A stretch of DNA of 38,459 nt from Natronincola sp. (GCA_012838515.1 DUPA01000012.1:1-38459), one strand, 5' to 3'; counted from the stretch's first letter, positions 26,274 through 35,832 are shown. Made by a program: numbers and translations. The notes: a model not told the origin generated them from the sequence alone.

Positions 26274-26355
26274 ATTCGTATTTATTCTAGGCAGTGAAGG
26301 TTTTTCCTTTGATTATAAAGAAATAAAACTGATAAATCGCGAAGGAGGAAAGCTA

Positions 26356-27411
26356 GTGGATGTAAAACATTTTTTACGGAACTTGAGTGAAAGTTCAGGA
26401 GTATCAGGCTACGAACAAAACATTACAGAACAGATCAGCACGGCCTGTACATGGGCTGATGATATGCGGCGCGATAAACTTGGCAACCTCATTATGCTTA
26501 AAAGGGGTGAAGGTACTAAACCCAAAAAGAAAATTATGCTTGCAGCCCACATGGATGAAATCGGGCTAATTATCACAAAAGTCGAAAAAGGGGGGTTTCT
26601 TCGCTTCGGAACCATCGGTGGATTTGATCAACGGGTATTACTTGGTCAGGAGGTTATTGTTCACGGAAAAACCCCTTCATTGGGAATTATAGGAGCGAAG
26701 CCCCCCCACGTCCAAGCCCACGGAGAACAAAATAAGGCCGTCAAACTAGAAGACCTTTTTATTGACTTAGGCTATGACACAAAAGAAGATGCTGAAAAAC
26801 TAGTTCGCATAGGGGATCTAGTTACGCTAAAAAGGGAAGTAATAGATCTACAAAGCTCGTTACTTGCAGGCAAAGCATTTGATGACCGTGCGGGGGTTGC
26901 CGCTATTTTTGAATGTTTTCAAATTCTCTCCACACTTCACCATGAAGTTGATGTCTATGGTGTTGCAACGGTCCAAGAAGAAGTGGGACTAAGGGGAGCC
27001 GTCACAAGCACTTATGGTATTGTTCCTGATTTGGGCATTGCCATTGACGTTAGCTTTGGTGATCAACCTGATTTAAGAGAAAGCGAAACTATCAAACTGG
27101 GAAACGGACCGGGAATAGCCATAGGACCCCATGTGCATCCAAAAGTATATGATCGCATGGTAAAGACCGCTAAGGAATGGAATATCAAATATTCTTTAGA
27201 CCCCTCGCCATCACCCGGAGGAACAGATGCATATGCGATTCAAGTTGTGCAAGCAGGGGTTGCAACCATTTTGCTTTCAGTCCCCCTCCGTTATATGCAT
27301 ACTTCCATTGAAACAATTGACTATGACGATGTGAAATCTACAGGCAAACTCATGGCCATGTTTATAGCAGGACTTAATAATGAATTTGTGGAGGGGTTAA
27401 CATGCTTCTAG
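26356..27411 (+). CDS. M42-family metallo-aminopeptidase (paralog 1)
   Basis: 351 aa with AAHMDEIGLIIT, GKAFDDRAGVA and VQEEVGLRGA motifs. GTG start with a GAAGGAGGA SD. Confidence 0.85.
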   Translation: MDVKHFLRNLSESSGVSGYEQNITEQISTACTWADDMRRDKLGNLIMLKRGEGTKPKKKIMLAAHMDEIGLIITKVEKGGFLRFGTIGGFDQRVLLGQEVIVHGKTPSLGIIGAKPPHVQAHGEQNKAVKLEDLFIDLGYDTKEDAEKLVRIGDLVTLKREVIDLQSSLLAGKAFDDRAGVAAIFECFQILSTLHHEVDVYGVATVQEEVGLRGAVTSTYGIVPDLGIAIDVSFGDQPDLRESETIKLGNGPGIAIGPHVHPKVYDRMVKTAKEWNIKYSLDPSPSPGGTDAYAIQVVQAGVATILLSVPLRYMHTSIETIDYDDVKSTGKLMAMFIAGLNNEFVEGLTCF

Positions 27412-28427
27412 CGCAATTGACTGAAGTCAACGGAGCCCCGGGTCAAGAAGGTGAAGTGCGCAATTTGATTCGGGAACAAATTGAACCTTTCGTTGATGAA
27501 ATTAAAACAGATGCTTTAGGGAATTTAATCGCCATTAAAAACCCTCGAGCTATCGGCCCTAAAGTGATGCTCGCGGCCCATATGGATGAGGTTGCACTTA
27601 TGATAGTAGGTATTAAAAACAATGGCATGCTAGAATTTCGGCCGATAGGCGGAATCGATCCGCGTGTACTGGTGGCAAAGACAGTAATTGTGGGTAAGAA
27701 AAAGATTAATGGCGTTATCGGCGCTAAGCCAATCCATTTACAACGTCCCGATGAACGAGAAAAGGCTTTATCCATACAAGAATTATATATTGACATGGGA
27801 GTTAAAGATAAGGAAGAAGCAAAACGCTTGGTAAGTCTTGGGGAAATTGCCTATTTTACAACAAAATACGAAGAATTCGGGGAAGGAAAAGTGAAAGCGA
27901 AGGCACTCGATGATCGTGTTGGTTGTGCTCTTGCCATTAGGCTTTTGCAAGAAGATCTTTCTTTTCCTTTAATAGCGGCATTTACTGTGCAAGAAGAAGT
28001 TGGTCTCAGGGGTGCCGGTGTTGCAACTTATCAAATCAAACCCGATCTGGCATTAATTCTTGAGGGCACCACTGCCTCCGATGTTCCGGGAACCGATGAA
28101 CACAAGCACGCAACTTCGTTAGGTAAAGGTCCGGCCATTACATTTATGGATCGTGCGGTTATTACCCACCCACCTTTAGTCAAAGAACTTTTCGCCCTAG
28201 CTAATGAAAAGAATATTCCGGTTCAAGCCCGGCGTAATACCGCGGGAGGAACAGATGCAGGTCAAATACAACTAACCGAATCGGGAACAAAAGTTGCTGT
28301 TATTGCTGTACCTTGCCGCTATATTCATTCTCCCGCCTCTGTTATGAGCAAAAAAGACTACGATGGCGCATACGAACTAATCAAACACTATTTAAGATGT
28401 CTCGAAGAAAGGGAGGATTTCCAATGA
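27402..28427 (+). CDS. M42-family metallo-aminopeptidase (paralog 2)
   Basis: 341 aa with AAHMDEVALMIV, KALDDRVGCA and VQEEVGLRGA. Overlaps paralog 1 by 10 nt. Confidence 0.85.
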   Translation: MLLAQLTEVNGAPGQEGEVRNLIREQIEPFVDEIKTDALGNLIAIKNPRAIGPKVMLAAHMDEVALMIVGIKNNGMLEFRPIGGIDPRVLVAKTVIVGKKKINGVIGAKPIHLQRPDEREKALSIQELYIDMGVKDKEEAKRLVSLGEIAYFTTKYEEFGEGKVKAKALDDRVGCALAIRLLQEDLSFPLIAAFTVQEEVGLRGAGVATYQIKPDLALILEGTTASDVPGTDEHKHATSLGKGPAITFMDRAVITHPPLVKELFALANEKNIPVQARRNTAGGTDAGQIQLTESGTKVAVIAVPCRYIHSPASVMSKKDYDGAYELIKHYLRCLEEREDFQ

Positions 28428-29422
28428 AGGAAACTATCCGCCAACTAACCGAGGCCTTTGGGCCTTCCGGCTATGAAACTGAGGTCACGAGTTTAATAAA
28501 GACTATGATAACGGATTTTGTAGATGAAATAAAAACCGATGTATTAGGCAACTTAATAGCTATAAAGAAAGGTGCTTCCAATGGACATAAGATTATGTTC
28601 GCGGCACACACTGATGAAATTGGTGTTGTGGTAACCCACATAGACAAAGAGGGTTTCCTCAGATTCGCCACTGTGGGCGGTGTGGGAATATCAACCCTTG
28701 TGGGTAATCGAGTTCGTTTTCCCAACGGAATAATCGGAGTAATTTACCACGAAAAAGCTGATTGGAAAGATTTAAAAATAGATAAGCTCTACATTGATAT
28801 AGGGGCAGAATCAAAAGAAGAAGCCATGGAACAAGTGAAAATCGGGGAATTCGGGATCTTTCATCGAGAATTTTGTGACTTAGGTAATCGTTTGATTGCA
28901 AAAAGTATGGATGACCGCGTGGGCTGTGCCGTTCTTGTGGAAGCAATAAAGAAGATCAAAGAGCCAAGGAATGCCTTATATTTTGTTTTTACAACGCAAG
29001 AAGAAGTTGGTCTAAGGGGGGCTCGCACCGCCGCTTATGATCTAGAACCGGATCTTGGAATTGCCGTAGACGTTACCATTACCGGTGATATGCCTGAAGC
29101 CAGGCGCATGGAGGTTTCACTAGGCAAGGGTGCCGCCATTAAAGTAAAGGATTCCTCATTAATAGTACATCCAAAAGTAAAGCAAATATTGATGGATCTA
29201 GCAGAAAAGAATAAGATACCCTATCAAATGGAGGTTTTAGAATTCGGTGGTACTGATGCCGGGGCAATTCATCTCACTAGGTCAGGAGTACCATCGGGAG
29301 CGATCTCCATTCCCACACGTTATGTGCACTCGCCTTCGGAGATGATCGATATTCGCGATGTTGAAGCAAGTGTTGACTTAGTTGTTGCATTGGCTAACAA
29401 AGAACTTAACGAACTAAATTAA
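28424..29422 (+). CDS. M42-family metallo-aminopeptidase (paralog 3)
   Basis: The start is trimmed to the ATG at 28424 (MKETIRQLTEAFGPSG), giving an ATGA overlap with the paralog 2 stop. A GGGAGG SD lies upstream. Motifs AAHTDEIGVVVT, KSMDDRVGCA and TQEEVGLRGA. Confidence 0.85.
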   Translation: MKETIRQLTEAFGPSGYETEVTSLIKTMITDFVDEIKTDVLGNLIAIKKGASNGHKIMFAAHTDEIGVVVTHIDKEGFLRFATVGGVGISTLVGNRVRFPNGIIGVIYHEKADWKDLKIDKLYIDIGAESKEEAMEQVKIGEFGIFHREFCDLGNRLIAKSMDDRVGCAVLVEAIKKIKEPRNALYFVFTTQEEVGLRGARTAAYDLEPDLGIAVDVTITGDMPEARRMEVSLGKGAAIKVKDSSLIVHPKVKQILMDLAEKNKIPYQMEVLEFGGTDAGAIHLTRSGVPSGAISIPTRYVHSPSEMIDIRDVEASVDLVVALANKELNELN

Positions 29423-29435
29423 ATATTGAAAAATT

Positions 29436-29467
29436 AAAGCCGTCTTAAGGAACAATAAGACGGCTTT
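29436..29467. terminator. Bidirectional terminator between convergent operons
   Basis: A perfect 12-bp stem, AAAGCCGTCTTA / TAAGACGGCTTT, with an 8-nt loop. Both flanks are A/T-rich. Confidence 0.7.
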
Positions 29468-29472
29468 ACAAA

Positions 29473-29802
29473 TTAATGTTCGCAGATTACTCCGGAATTC
29501 TCCAAACTTCCCTCTAAGTATTTCTCCACAACGTCTCGCGCCTGCCCCGAAGCTCCGGCCACCACAATAATTCCATTTTCAGCGAAGATACTAACCGCTG
29601 CGCTACCGATTCCACCTGCAATCATCACATCAACTCCAAGTTCGTGAAGGAAGTTGGGTAGAAAACCCGGTTTATGTCCGGGATTAGTAATTGATTCAAC
29701 CTCGGCTATTTTTTTATCCTCAATTTTAAAGATTTCAAAAAAAGCACAGTGCCCAAAATGGCTAGCTATCACACCTTTATCTGTTGCAACTGCTATTTTC
29801 AT
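29473..29802 (-). CDS. NifB/NifX-fold (dinitrogenase FeMo-cofactor-binding domain) protein, ORP-like
   Basis: 109 aa. MKIAVATDKG.IASHFGHCAFFEIF and a GIGSAA motif typical of the NifX/NafY/orange-protein fold. Confidence 0.75.
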   Translation of the reverse strand: MKIAVATDKGVIASHFGHCAFFEIFKIEDKKIAEVESITNPGHKPGFLPNFLHELGVDVMIAGGIGSAAVSIFAENGIIVVAGASGQARDVVEKYLEGSLENSGVICEH

Positions 29803-30677
29803 TCTTTTCCTCCCCCTTTATTAAGCAAAATAGTCATGGTCTTTTGAAAAATATCTTTCGCACTTTTGCCGGCCGGACAAGGTTCATCCACAATACTAAG
29901 GCCTCGGTTTACCAGGGAGCCCGCAGTGGGATCAAAGGGAATCTTACCCACTAAAGGAATCTCCCTCTCTAGGCAAAGCGCTGCTATTTCACGGCTTATG
30001 TCCGAATTAGTATCATATTTATTGATACAAACTGCTTGTTCAATGTTAAAAAGCGAAGACGTTTCCATTATTCGCTTCAAATCACTTAATCCCGATAAAG
30101 ATGGTTCTGCAACTAACAAAACCAAATCAACTCCGCTTAAGGATGCATGCACAGGACAGCCAATTCCCGGAGAACCGTCAATAATCGAGATCCTCGCATC
30201 GTTAGCATATTCTTTTAAACCCCTTTTCACCTCTGCAACTAAAAGTCCGGAGTTTCCGCTACCCATTTTCAACTGTGCGGTAGAAAAGATTACATCATTT
30301 TTATAAAGAACGAGTTCACCGGCTACGGTCGGAACTAAGGTGATTGCCCCAAAAGGACAAACAAGCTCACATACTCCACAGCCTTCACAACTGATGGAAT
30401 TAACTGCATATATCGGCTCCTTTTGAATAGCACTAAATCTACAATGACTCCTACATAGATCACATGATGTGCAAAGATCGATATTTATTACTGCTTTATC
30501 TAAGCCAAAGTAATCGTCTATCTTGGGCTCGGGTAGATTCCCGGCGACTAAGTGAAGATTAGGGGCATCCACATCGCAATCGGCATATGCTTTGGCTTTT
30601 GCGAGCTTTATAAAGGCACTTGCAATAGTTGTTTTACCTGTTCCACCTTTGCCACTTAAGATTAATAGTTGCTTCAA
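29799..30677 (-). CDS. MinD/ParA-type P-loop ATPase with an inserted 2x[4Fe-4S] ferredoxin domain
   Basis: 292 aa with the deviant Walker A SGKGGTGKTT and Cys motifs CTSCDLCRSHC and CEGCGVCELVCP. Confidence 0.8.
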   Translation of the reverse strand: MKQLLILSGKGGTGKTTIASAFIKLAKAKAYADCDVDAPNLHLVAGNLPEPKIDDYFGLDKAVINIDLCTSCDLCRSHCRFSAIQKEPIYAVNSISCEGCGVCELVCPFGAITLVPTVAGELVLYKNDVIFSTAQLKMGSGNSGLLVAEVKRGLKEYANDARISIIDGSPGIGCPVHASLSGVDLVLLVAEPSLSGLSDLKRIMETSSLFNIEQAVCINKYDTNSDISREIAALCLEREIPLVGKIPFDPTAGSLVNRGLSIVDEPCPAGKSAKDIFQKTMTILLNKGGGKE

Positions 30678-31525
30678 TTTAACTCCCCCAAAATATCCGC
30701 TAATAGTTTCTTGAAAAGCGAAAGGTATGCCTTTTCCTGATCAATTACTAGCCGCCCTGTGCTAATTGTTTTTGCGAGTTTAAGATCATGGGGAATTCGA
30801 GCCATTATGGGAATTTGCTCCTTCATGCAAAAATCTTCTAAGGGATTAGTTTCTTTTGTGAATTTATTGATCACAACTCCGAACGGTTTTTTCAGTAAAC
30901 TGACCAACTCTAAGACCATCTGAAAGTTATGTAAGCCAAATAAGGTTGGCTCCGCTACAATTAAGCAGTAGTCGGAATAAGTTATACTTTCCAACACGGA
31001 ACAGGCAGTACCCGGCGGACAATCAATTATGGTTAGCCCGTCATTTCTTTCAACATCTTGAATCTTCTCGATCAAAGGAACACCTGATACTTCTCCTATG
31101 TTTAAGATGCCGGTAATGACAATAACATCTCCCGCACGACCTTTTTCAATTCTGCCAACCACTTTGTCCTTTTCAGTTAATGCTTCGCTCGGACAAACTA
31201 ATACACAACCCCCACAGGAATGACAAATTTCTTCAAATATTAGTAGATGACTACCGATATGTGCCAAGGCGTTAAATCTACAAAAATCCACACAAAGACC
31301 GCAAGCATCGCATTGTTCTAGATTGATTTTAGGTACTAACACGGTCACATCTTCTGATTCGATGCTTTCGGGTTTCAAAAATAAGTGCCCATTTGGCTCT
31401 TCAATATCACAATCGAGATAGTAACTTCGTCCGGCCGCGGCGGCTAAGTTTACTGACACGAAGGTCTTACCGGCCCCACCTTTTCCACTGAGCACAGCAA
31501 TTGTTGGCTTACGATCTGCGCCCAT
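30674..31525 (-). CDS. MinD/ParA-type P-loop ATPase with an inserted 2x[4Fe-4S] ferredoxin domain (paralog)
   Basis: SGKGGAGKTF, with CDACGLCVDFC and CHSCGGCVLVCP. I chose the ATG at 31523-31525 (MGADRKPTIAVL...). The track start at 31567 is the alternative. Confidence 0.8.
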   Translation of the reverse strand: MGADRKPTIAVLSGKGGAGKTFVSVNLAAAAGRSYYLDCDIEEPNGHLFLKPESIESEDVTVLVPKINLEQCDACGLCVDFCRFNALAHIGSHLLIFEEICHSCGGCVLVCPSEALTEKDKVVGRIEKGRAGDVIVITGILNIGEVSGVPLIEKIQDVERNDGLTIIDCPPGTACSVLESITYSDYCLIVAEPTLFGLHNFQMVLELVSLLKKPFGVVINKFTKETNPLEDFCMKEQIPIMARIPHDLKLAKTISTGRLVIDQEKAYLSLFKKLLADILGELN

Positions 31526-31874
31526 GTAAACCTGCTTGAATTTCGTCAAGAACCGAAAGCTTGCCATCTTTGTAAGCCAGTATATTGTCCTTTAAAGATT
31601 CACCCTCGGTTTTATAAATTTTCACCTTAGCCGCATCTAAAACCCTTAATACATTTCCACCGCAGCGCGGTGTTAAAACAACATCAATATTTGCGTTTAC
31701 CAAAGATTGACTGGCACGTACACCTGCACCGTCGGGGCTTCGAGTTGCTTCGTTTTCTAAATAAACTGTCTTATTGGTTTCTGTATCGTGAATCATAAAA
31801 TAAGGAGCCCGTCCAAAGGCATTACATACACCTGATTCCGACGATGAACCATTCGCCGGTATGGCTATTTTCAC
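31509..31874 (-). CDS. NifB/NifX-fold protein, ORP-like (paralog)
   Basis: 121 aa. MKIAIPANG...FGRAPYFMI. GTG start with an AAAGGAGG SD. Confidence 0.75.
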   Translation of the reverse strand: MKIAIPANGSSSESGVCNAFGRAPYFMIHDTETNKTVYLENEATRSPDGAGVRASQSLVNANIDVVLTPRCGGNVLRVLDAAKVKIYKTEGESLKDNILAYKDGKLSVLDEIQAGLHGRRS

Positions 31875-31949
31875 TATAATTTCCTCCTTTCTTTCCTTCT
31901 TCCATTATATACTGTTTTGGACAAAAGTCCATAACTTAGAAAAATTACA

Positions 31950-31980
31950 CAAAAAAAGGTGCTTTCTAAAGAAAGCACCT
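31950..31980 (-). terminator. Rho-independent terminator after the hydrolase gene
   Basis: The minus strand reads AGGTGCTTTC-TTTA-GAAAGCACCT followed by T7. Confidence 0.72.
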
Positions 31981-32003
31981 AACATAGCGATTGCTATTTG
32001 AGA

Positions 32004-32972
32004 TTAAAAATTATCATTCAAAAATGCTGTTACCCTTCTCATGTATTCTTGATCTTGTTCAGGATTTAAAAAGCGAGTTACGAAAAAGTGATCTCGACCA
32101 ATTCTCGTCCATGTTCTCGTATGACTAGGAGCACTTTCCACTAATCTCTTAAAATTCTCGTAGTCAAGTTCTTCGTCGAAAATGGAATGAAGTAAAAATA
32201 TTGGTCTGTCTCCTATATTCGCGATTTGCCTTTCAGGGTAAATATTTCTACTACCCCATCCAAATTTGAGTATGGAATAAAGTTTAACGAACGGCTTCAC
32301 GACCGTAATTAAAACCGGTGGGAGCTCTTTGGCTTCCATGCCTTCTGCAAATACATCTTCCCACGAAGAAAAAGAAGCAATGCTGATAACACCACTAATC
32401 TCGGGAATGACCCCAGCCGAGTTAATGGCAACGGCGCCACCCATAGATGCGCCATAAGCAATAATGGGTAATCTTGCGTATTCTGGTTGGGCTTTTATAT
32501 AGTCAACAACTGCTTGGGTATCGCGTGTTTCCAGATACCCTAAACCAATTCCTTTGCCGGAACTTTTACCGTGACCTCTCATGTCAAAAAGAATGGAAGA
32601 GTACCCAAGATCCTTAAAGGCTTTAGCGTGACCGAAAAATGCTGTCACAGAGGGATTATGTAGCCCGGAAATAAAAATCAAGACACCCCTAGGGTTTTCG
32701 GCTTGCACTTCAAAAGCAGAGATAGAATAGCCATCTGATGTTTCAAGTGTTAACTCGTTTGCAACTAAATCAAAATCTCTAGCTTTATAGATAGTTTTAA
32801 AATCCACATGTTTGTTCAGCATAGGGCCCATAATAAAAGGTGGAAAAGCCACTAGAACTGCAAGCGACAAAACTGCAACAATAATAACCAAACTGATAAA
32901 GATTTTCGCTATGCGTCTTCCTATACTAGGTCGACGACTCTCAATAGATTTCAACTTTGTTCCTCCCCACAT
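32004..32972 (-). CDS. Membrane-anchored alpha/beta-fold hydrolase
   Basis: An N-terminal TM helix (IFISLVIIVAVLSLAVLVAF), a nucleophile elbow GASMGG, and HG..S near the oxyanion region. An alternative start is the TTG at 32952-32954, which has a GGGGAGGA SD 7 nt upstream. Confidence 0.75.
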   Translation of the reverse strand: MWGGTKLKSIESRRPSIGRRIAKIFISLVIIVAVLSLAVLVAFPPFIMGPMLNKHVDFKTIYKARDFDLVANELTLETSDGYSISAFEVQAENPRGVLIFISGLHNPSVTAFFGHAKAFKDLGYSSILFDMRGHGKSSGKGIGLGYLETRDTQAVVDYIKAQPEYARLPIIAYGASMGGAVAINSAGVIPEISGVISIASFSSWEDVFAEGMEAKELPPVLITVVKPFVKLYSILKFGWGSRNIYPERQIANIGDRPIFLLHSIFDEELDYENFKRLVESAPSHTRTWTRIGRDHFFVTRFLNPEQDQEYMRRVTAFLNDNF

Positions 32973-32989
32973 TAAAAATGAATTTCACT

Positions 32990-33700
32990 TTACAACAAAT
33001 TTTGTACTTTTTCAAGCTCATTAGTTATTATACCATCAACTTCTGCCAATTTCATCCTTTCTATATCTTCAGGTCGATCAACTGTCCAAGCGGTGATCAT
33101 AAAACCATTTTGTTTTGACGCCGCAACCACCTCGGGAACAACTACGGGATAATACGGATGAATGGCATCGGCCCCGATACTTTTCGCATATATCCAAGGG
33201 TTTACCAGTGCAGCCATGTGAAGAACCCCGGTTTTAACTTCGGGCATAACTCGTTTAAAATGGACTAAAGCATAGTGATTAAAGGAAGAAATGATGGTTC
33301 TATCTTTAAGATTGTACTCGTTTAAAAAACTCGCCAGTTCTTCATTAAGATTTTCAAAACCCAATGTGCTCTTAAGTTCAATATTAAGTAAAATATCTTC
33401 TTTTTTAATCAGTTCACAAAGTTGCTGAAATGTTGGGATTTTTTCGTTTTTAAATTCTGAACTAAACCAAGAACCCGCATCTAATTTTTGTAATTCATCT
33501 AAAGTGTGTTGCGCCACATCTCCGGTACCATTCGTGGTTCTAGATAGTGTATGATCGTGTATTATGACTATCTGACCATCCTTCGTTAAATGAACATCAA
33601 GCTCAATTCCGTCACAGCCGACTTCTAAAGCTAGTTCAAAAGCTGACATGGTATTTTCAGGGGCCTTTGCTGAATAACCTCGATGACCGAGAACTTTCAC
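32990..33700 (-). CDS. glpQ: Glycerophosphodiester phosphodiesterase
   Basis: 236 aa. HRGYSAKAPENTMSAFELA...GIELDVHLTKDG is the GDPD signature. Confidence 0.88.
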   Translation of the reverse strand: MKVLGHRGYSAKAPENTMSAFELALEVGCDGIELDVHLTKDGQIVIIHDHTLSRTTNGTGDVAQHTLDELQKLDAGSWFSSEFKNEKIPTFQQLCELIKKEDILLNIELKSTLGFENLNEELASFLNEYNLKDRTIISSFNHYALVHFKRVMPEVKTGVLHMAALVNPWIYAKSIGADAIHPYYPVVVPEVVAASKQNGFMITAWTVDRPEDIERMKLAEVDGIITNELEKVQNLL

Positions 33701-33722
33701 GATTTTATCCCCCTTAAACGTT

Positions 33723-34514
33723 TTAGTTCTTTATCTTCACTGAACCTGTGAAAACCTTTGTTGCAGGACCCGCCATAAAAACACGATTATCTTCCCATTC
33801 AATTGTCAAATCACCGCCTGGCAAAGATACCTGAACAGGTGAACTAACTAAGCCACGCCTTATGGCTGCAACAGCCGCGGCACAAGCACCCGTTCCGCAC
33901 GCTAAGGTTGGACCTACACCGCGCTCCCATACTTTCACTTTTAAACGATTATCCGATATAACCTGCGTAAATTCAATATTCGCTTTTTCCGGCCATACTT
34001 CATCTTCCTCCAAACGAGGCCCCCACGTCAAAAAGTCTAGGTTATCTAAATCATCAACAAAGATTACAGCATGGGGATTCCCCATTGATACGGCATCAGC
34101 GGTCCATATTTTGCCGTGGGAATCTATCTTTACTTCATCACCCCCATTAAAAGTAAAATCAGGTTCGCCCATGTCAACAACGTATAGCCCGTCATTTACG
34201 CTTATTTTCTTAACCCCGCTTATTGTACCGATCTGTAACAAGTGGCCCTTAACTAAATTATTTCTCACCAAATAATCTGCCATGCAGCGAATTGCATTAC
34301 CACACATTTCCGCTTCGGTGCCATCGGAATTAAATATGCGCATCGTGTATATATCTTCGTTCATCGTAATAAACACTAGTCCATCTGCGCCTATACCAAA
34401 TTGACGATGACAAAGCATTTTAGCCATACTTTCTCCGTTAGATACATGCATTCCTTTAAAGTCTTCTATAAAAATAAAATCATTACCAAGCCCATGATAT
34501 TTTGTAAAGTGCAC
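33723..34514 (-). CDS. dapF: Diaminopimelate epimerase
   Basis: FTKYHGLGNDF, with catalytic Cys motifs in MCGNAIRC and ACGTGACAA. I chose the GTG at 34512-34514 (VHFTKYHG), which has a GGGGGA SD 5 nt upstream. The track TTG at 34550 would overlap the upstream gene. Confidence 0.9.
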   Translation of the reverse strand: MHFTKYHGLGNDFIFIEDFKGMHVSNGESMAKMLCHRQFGIGADGLVFITMNEDIYTMRIFNSDGTEAEMCGNAIRCMADYLVRNNLVKGHLLQIGTISGVKKISVNDGLYVVDMGEPDFTFNGGDEVKIDSHGKIWTADAVSMGNPHAVIFVDDLDNLDFLTWGPRLEEDEVWPEKANIEFTQVISDNRLKVKVWERGVGPTLACGTGACAAAVAAIRRGLVSSPVQVSLPGGDLTIEWEDNRVFMAGPATKVFTGSVKIKN

Positions 34515-34539
34515 ATTAATCCCCCTAGCTGTGCTGACA

Positions 34540-35832
34540 CTATCGTTCAAGAAAAGCGCTCACTTTGTCAACAGCAAAAATAACATCTTTAACATCCTCT
34601 TTGGTCACAAAATGATTTAGATGAATTTGGACAGCCCTACTCAATAGCTCCACCGTTTTTGGACATGTTTTTTCATTATATTCAATTATATCTTGTGAAG
34701 GATTATTATTCCACGGCAAAGATCCTCCCCACGGATCTTGCTTACGCATGAGAAACTCCCAATTTAAATAAATGTGCTGATCATTACTATTAGAATCATA
34801 CACCTGAAAAGTAGGAATTCCTTCCGCACTAAGTGCTTTGGTCATAAATCGCGCTTGTTCTTGGTTTGATGTATAAAATATTAAACTAATACCGAGATCC
34901 CTTTCAGTACCAAAGACGGAAGAAAACGTGATATTATTCCGCGCACGCAGTAATTCAACTAGATCTTTTTTTGTCTTCTTAGTATGCCCCAGGATGGCGG
35001 GCATTCTTTTTAGTTGTCCCAAAGACAAAGCTGCTTGCAATTCGGTCAAACGGTAGTTTTGGCCCGGAAAAGCGGGTATTTTACGTTCAATGAAACGAAA
35101 TTGATAACCTGCACCATCATGATAAAGGACCGCACGTTGCCACAATTCTTCAGAATTAGTAACAATCATGCCCCCTTCCCCCGTTGTAATAACCTTTGAT
35201 TGCTGAAGGCTAAAGCAACCAAGGTGCCCAATGGAACCTAACATACGCCCCTTATAGGTACCGCCGTTAGATTGAGCTGCATCTTCGATTACCATTATAT
35301 TATGTTTGCTCGCAATTGACATGATCGGGTCCATATCCGCGGAAATTCCGCGCATATGAACGACAATGACTGCTTTAGTACGTGGGGTAATGCGCTTAAT
35401 CAAATCGGTAGGATCGATAGTAAGACTATCATCTATTTCCGCTAAAATCGGAATCGCACCGACAATTGCTACGGCCGCTGCCGTAGCAACCCAAGTATAA
35501 GCAGGAATGATCACTTCATCTCCGGGTCCTACACCCGACGCTATTAAAGCGCAGATCAAAGCGGATGTACCCGAGTTTACGGCTAAAGCATGATTGGTTC
35601 CTATAAATTCTTTATACTCTTGTTCCAGTAAACTTGTTTCCGATTGTTCAAGCCCTTGGGGAAAATAACGAAAAATACGTTTTTTCTCCAGTACATTTAA
35701 AACCCGGTCTTTTTCTTCCGGACCTAATTCCTCACTACCGAGGTATTTAGAAACCCATGGTTCGGTACGGACAGGCGTACCTCCATAAAGAGCTAATTCT
35801 TCCACAAAATCTCCCCTTGCTAAGATTTCCAT
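34540..35832 (-). CDS. DegT/DnrJ/EryC1/StrS-family PLP aminotransferase (long form, ~420-430 aa)
   Basis: ALAVNSGTSAL, DEVIIPAYTW, and a PLP-lysine context FSLQQSKVITTGEGG. An alternative start is the GTG at 35803-35805, preceded by AGGGGAG. Confidence 0.8.
   Translation of the reverse strand: MEILARGDFVEELALYGGTPVRTEPWVSKYLGSEELGPEEKDRVLNVLEKKRIFRYFPQGLEQSETSLLEQEYKEFIGTNHALAVNSGTSALICALIASGVGPGDEVIIPAYTWVATAAAVAIVGAIPILAEIDDSLTIDPTDLIKRITPRTKAVIVVHMRGISADMDPIMSIASKHNIMVIEDAAQSNGGTYKGRMLGSIGHLGCFSLQQSKVITTGEGGMIVTNSEELWQRAVLYHDGAGYQFRFIERKIPAFPGQNYRLTELQAALSLGQLKRMPAILGHTKKTKKDLVELLRARNNITFSSVFGTERDLGISLIFYTSNQEQARFMTKALSAEGIPTFQVYDSNSNDQHIYLNWEFLMRKQDPWGGSLPWNNNPSQDIIEYNEKTCPKTVELLSRAVQIHLNHFVTKEDVKDVIFAVDKVSAFLER

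Noticed and set aside
29473-31874. Nitrogen-fixation (nif) locus
   Set aside because: Only NifX-fold small proteins and MinD-like ATPases are present. There is no nifH/D/K/E/N/B. The ORP-like interpretation fits better.
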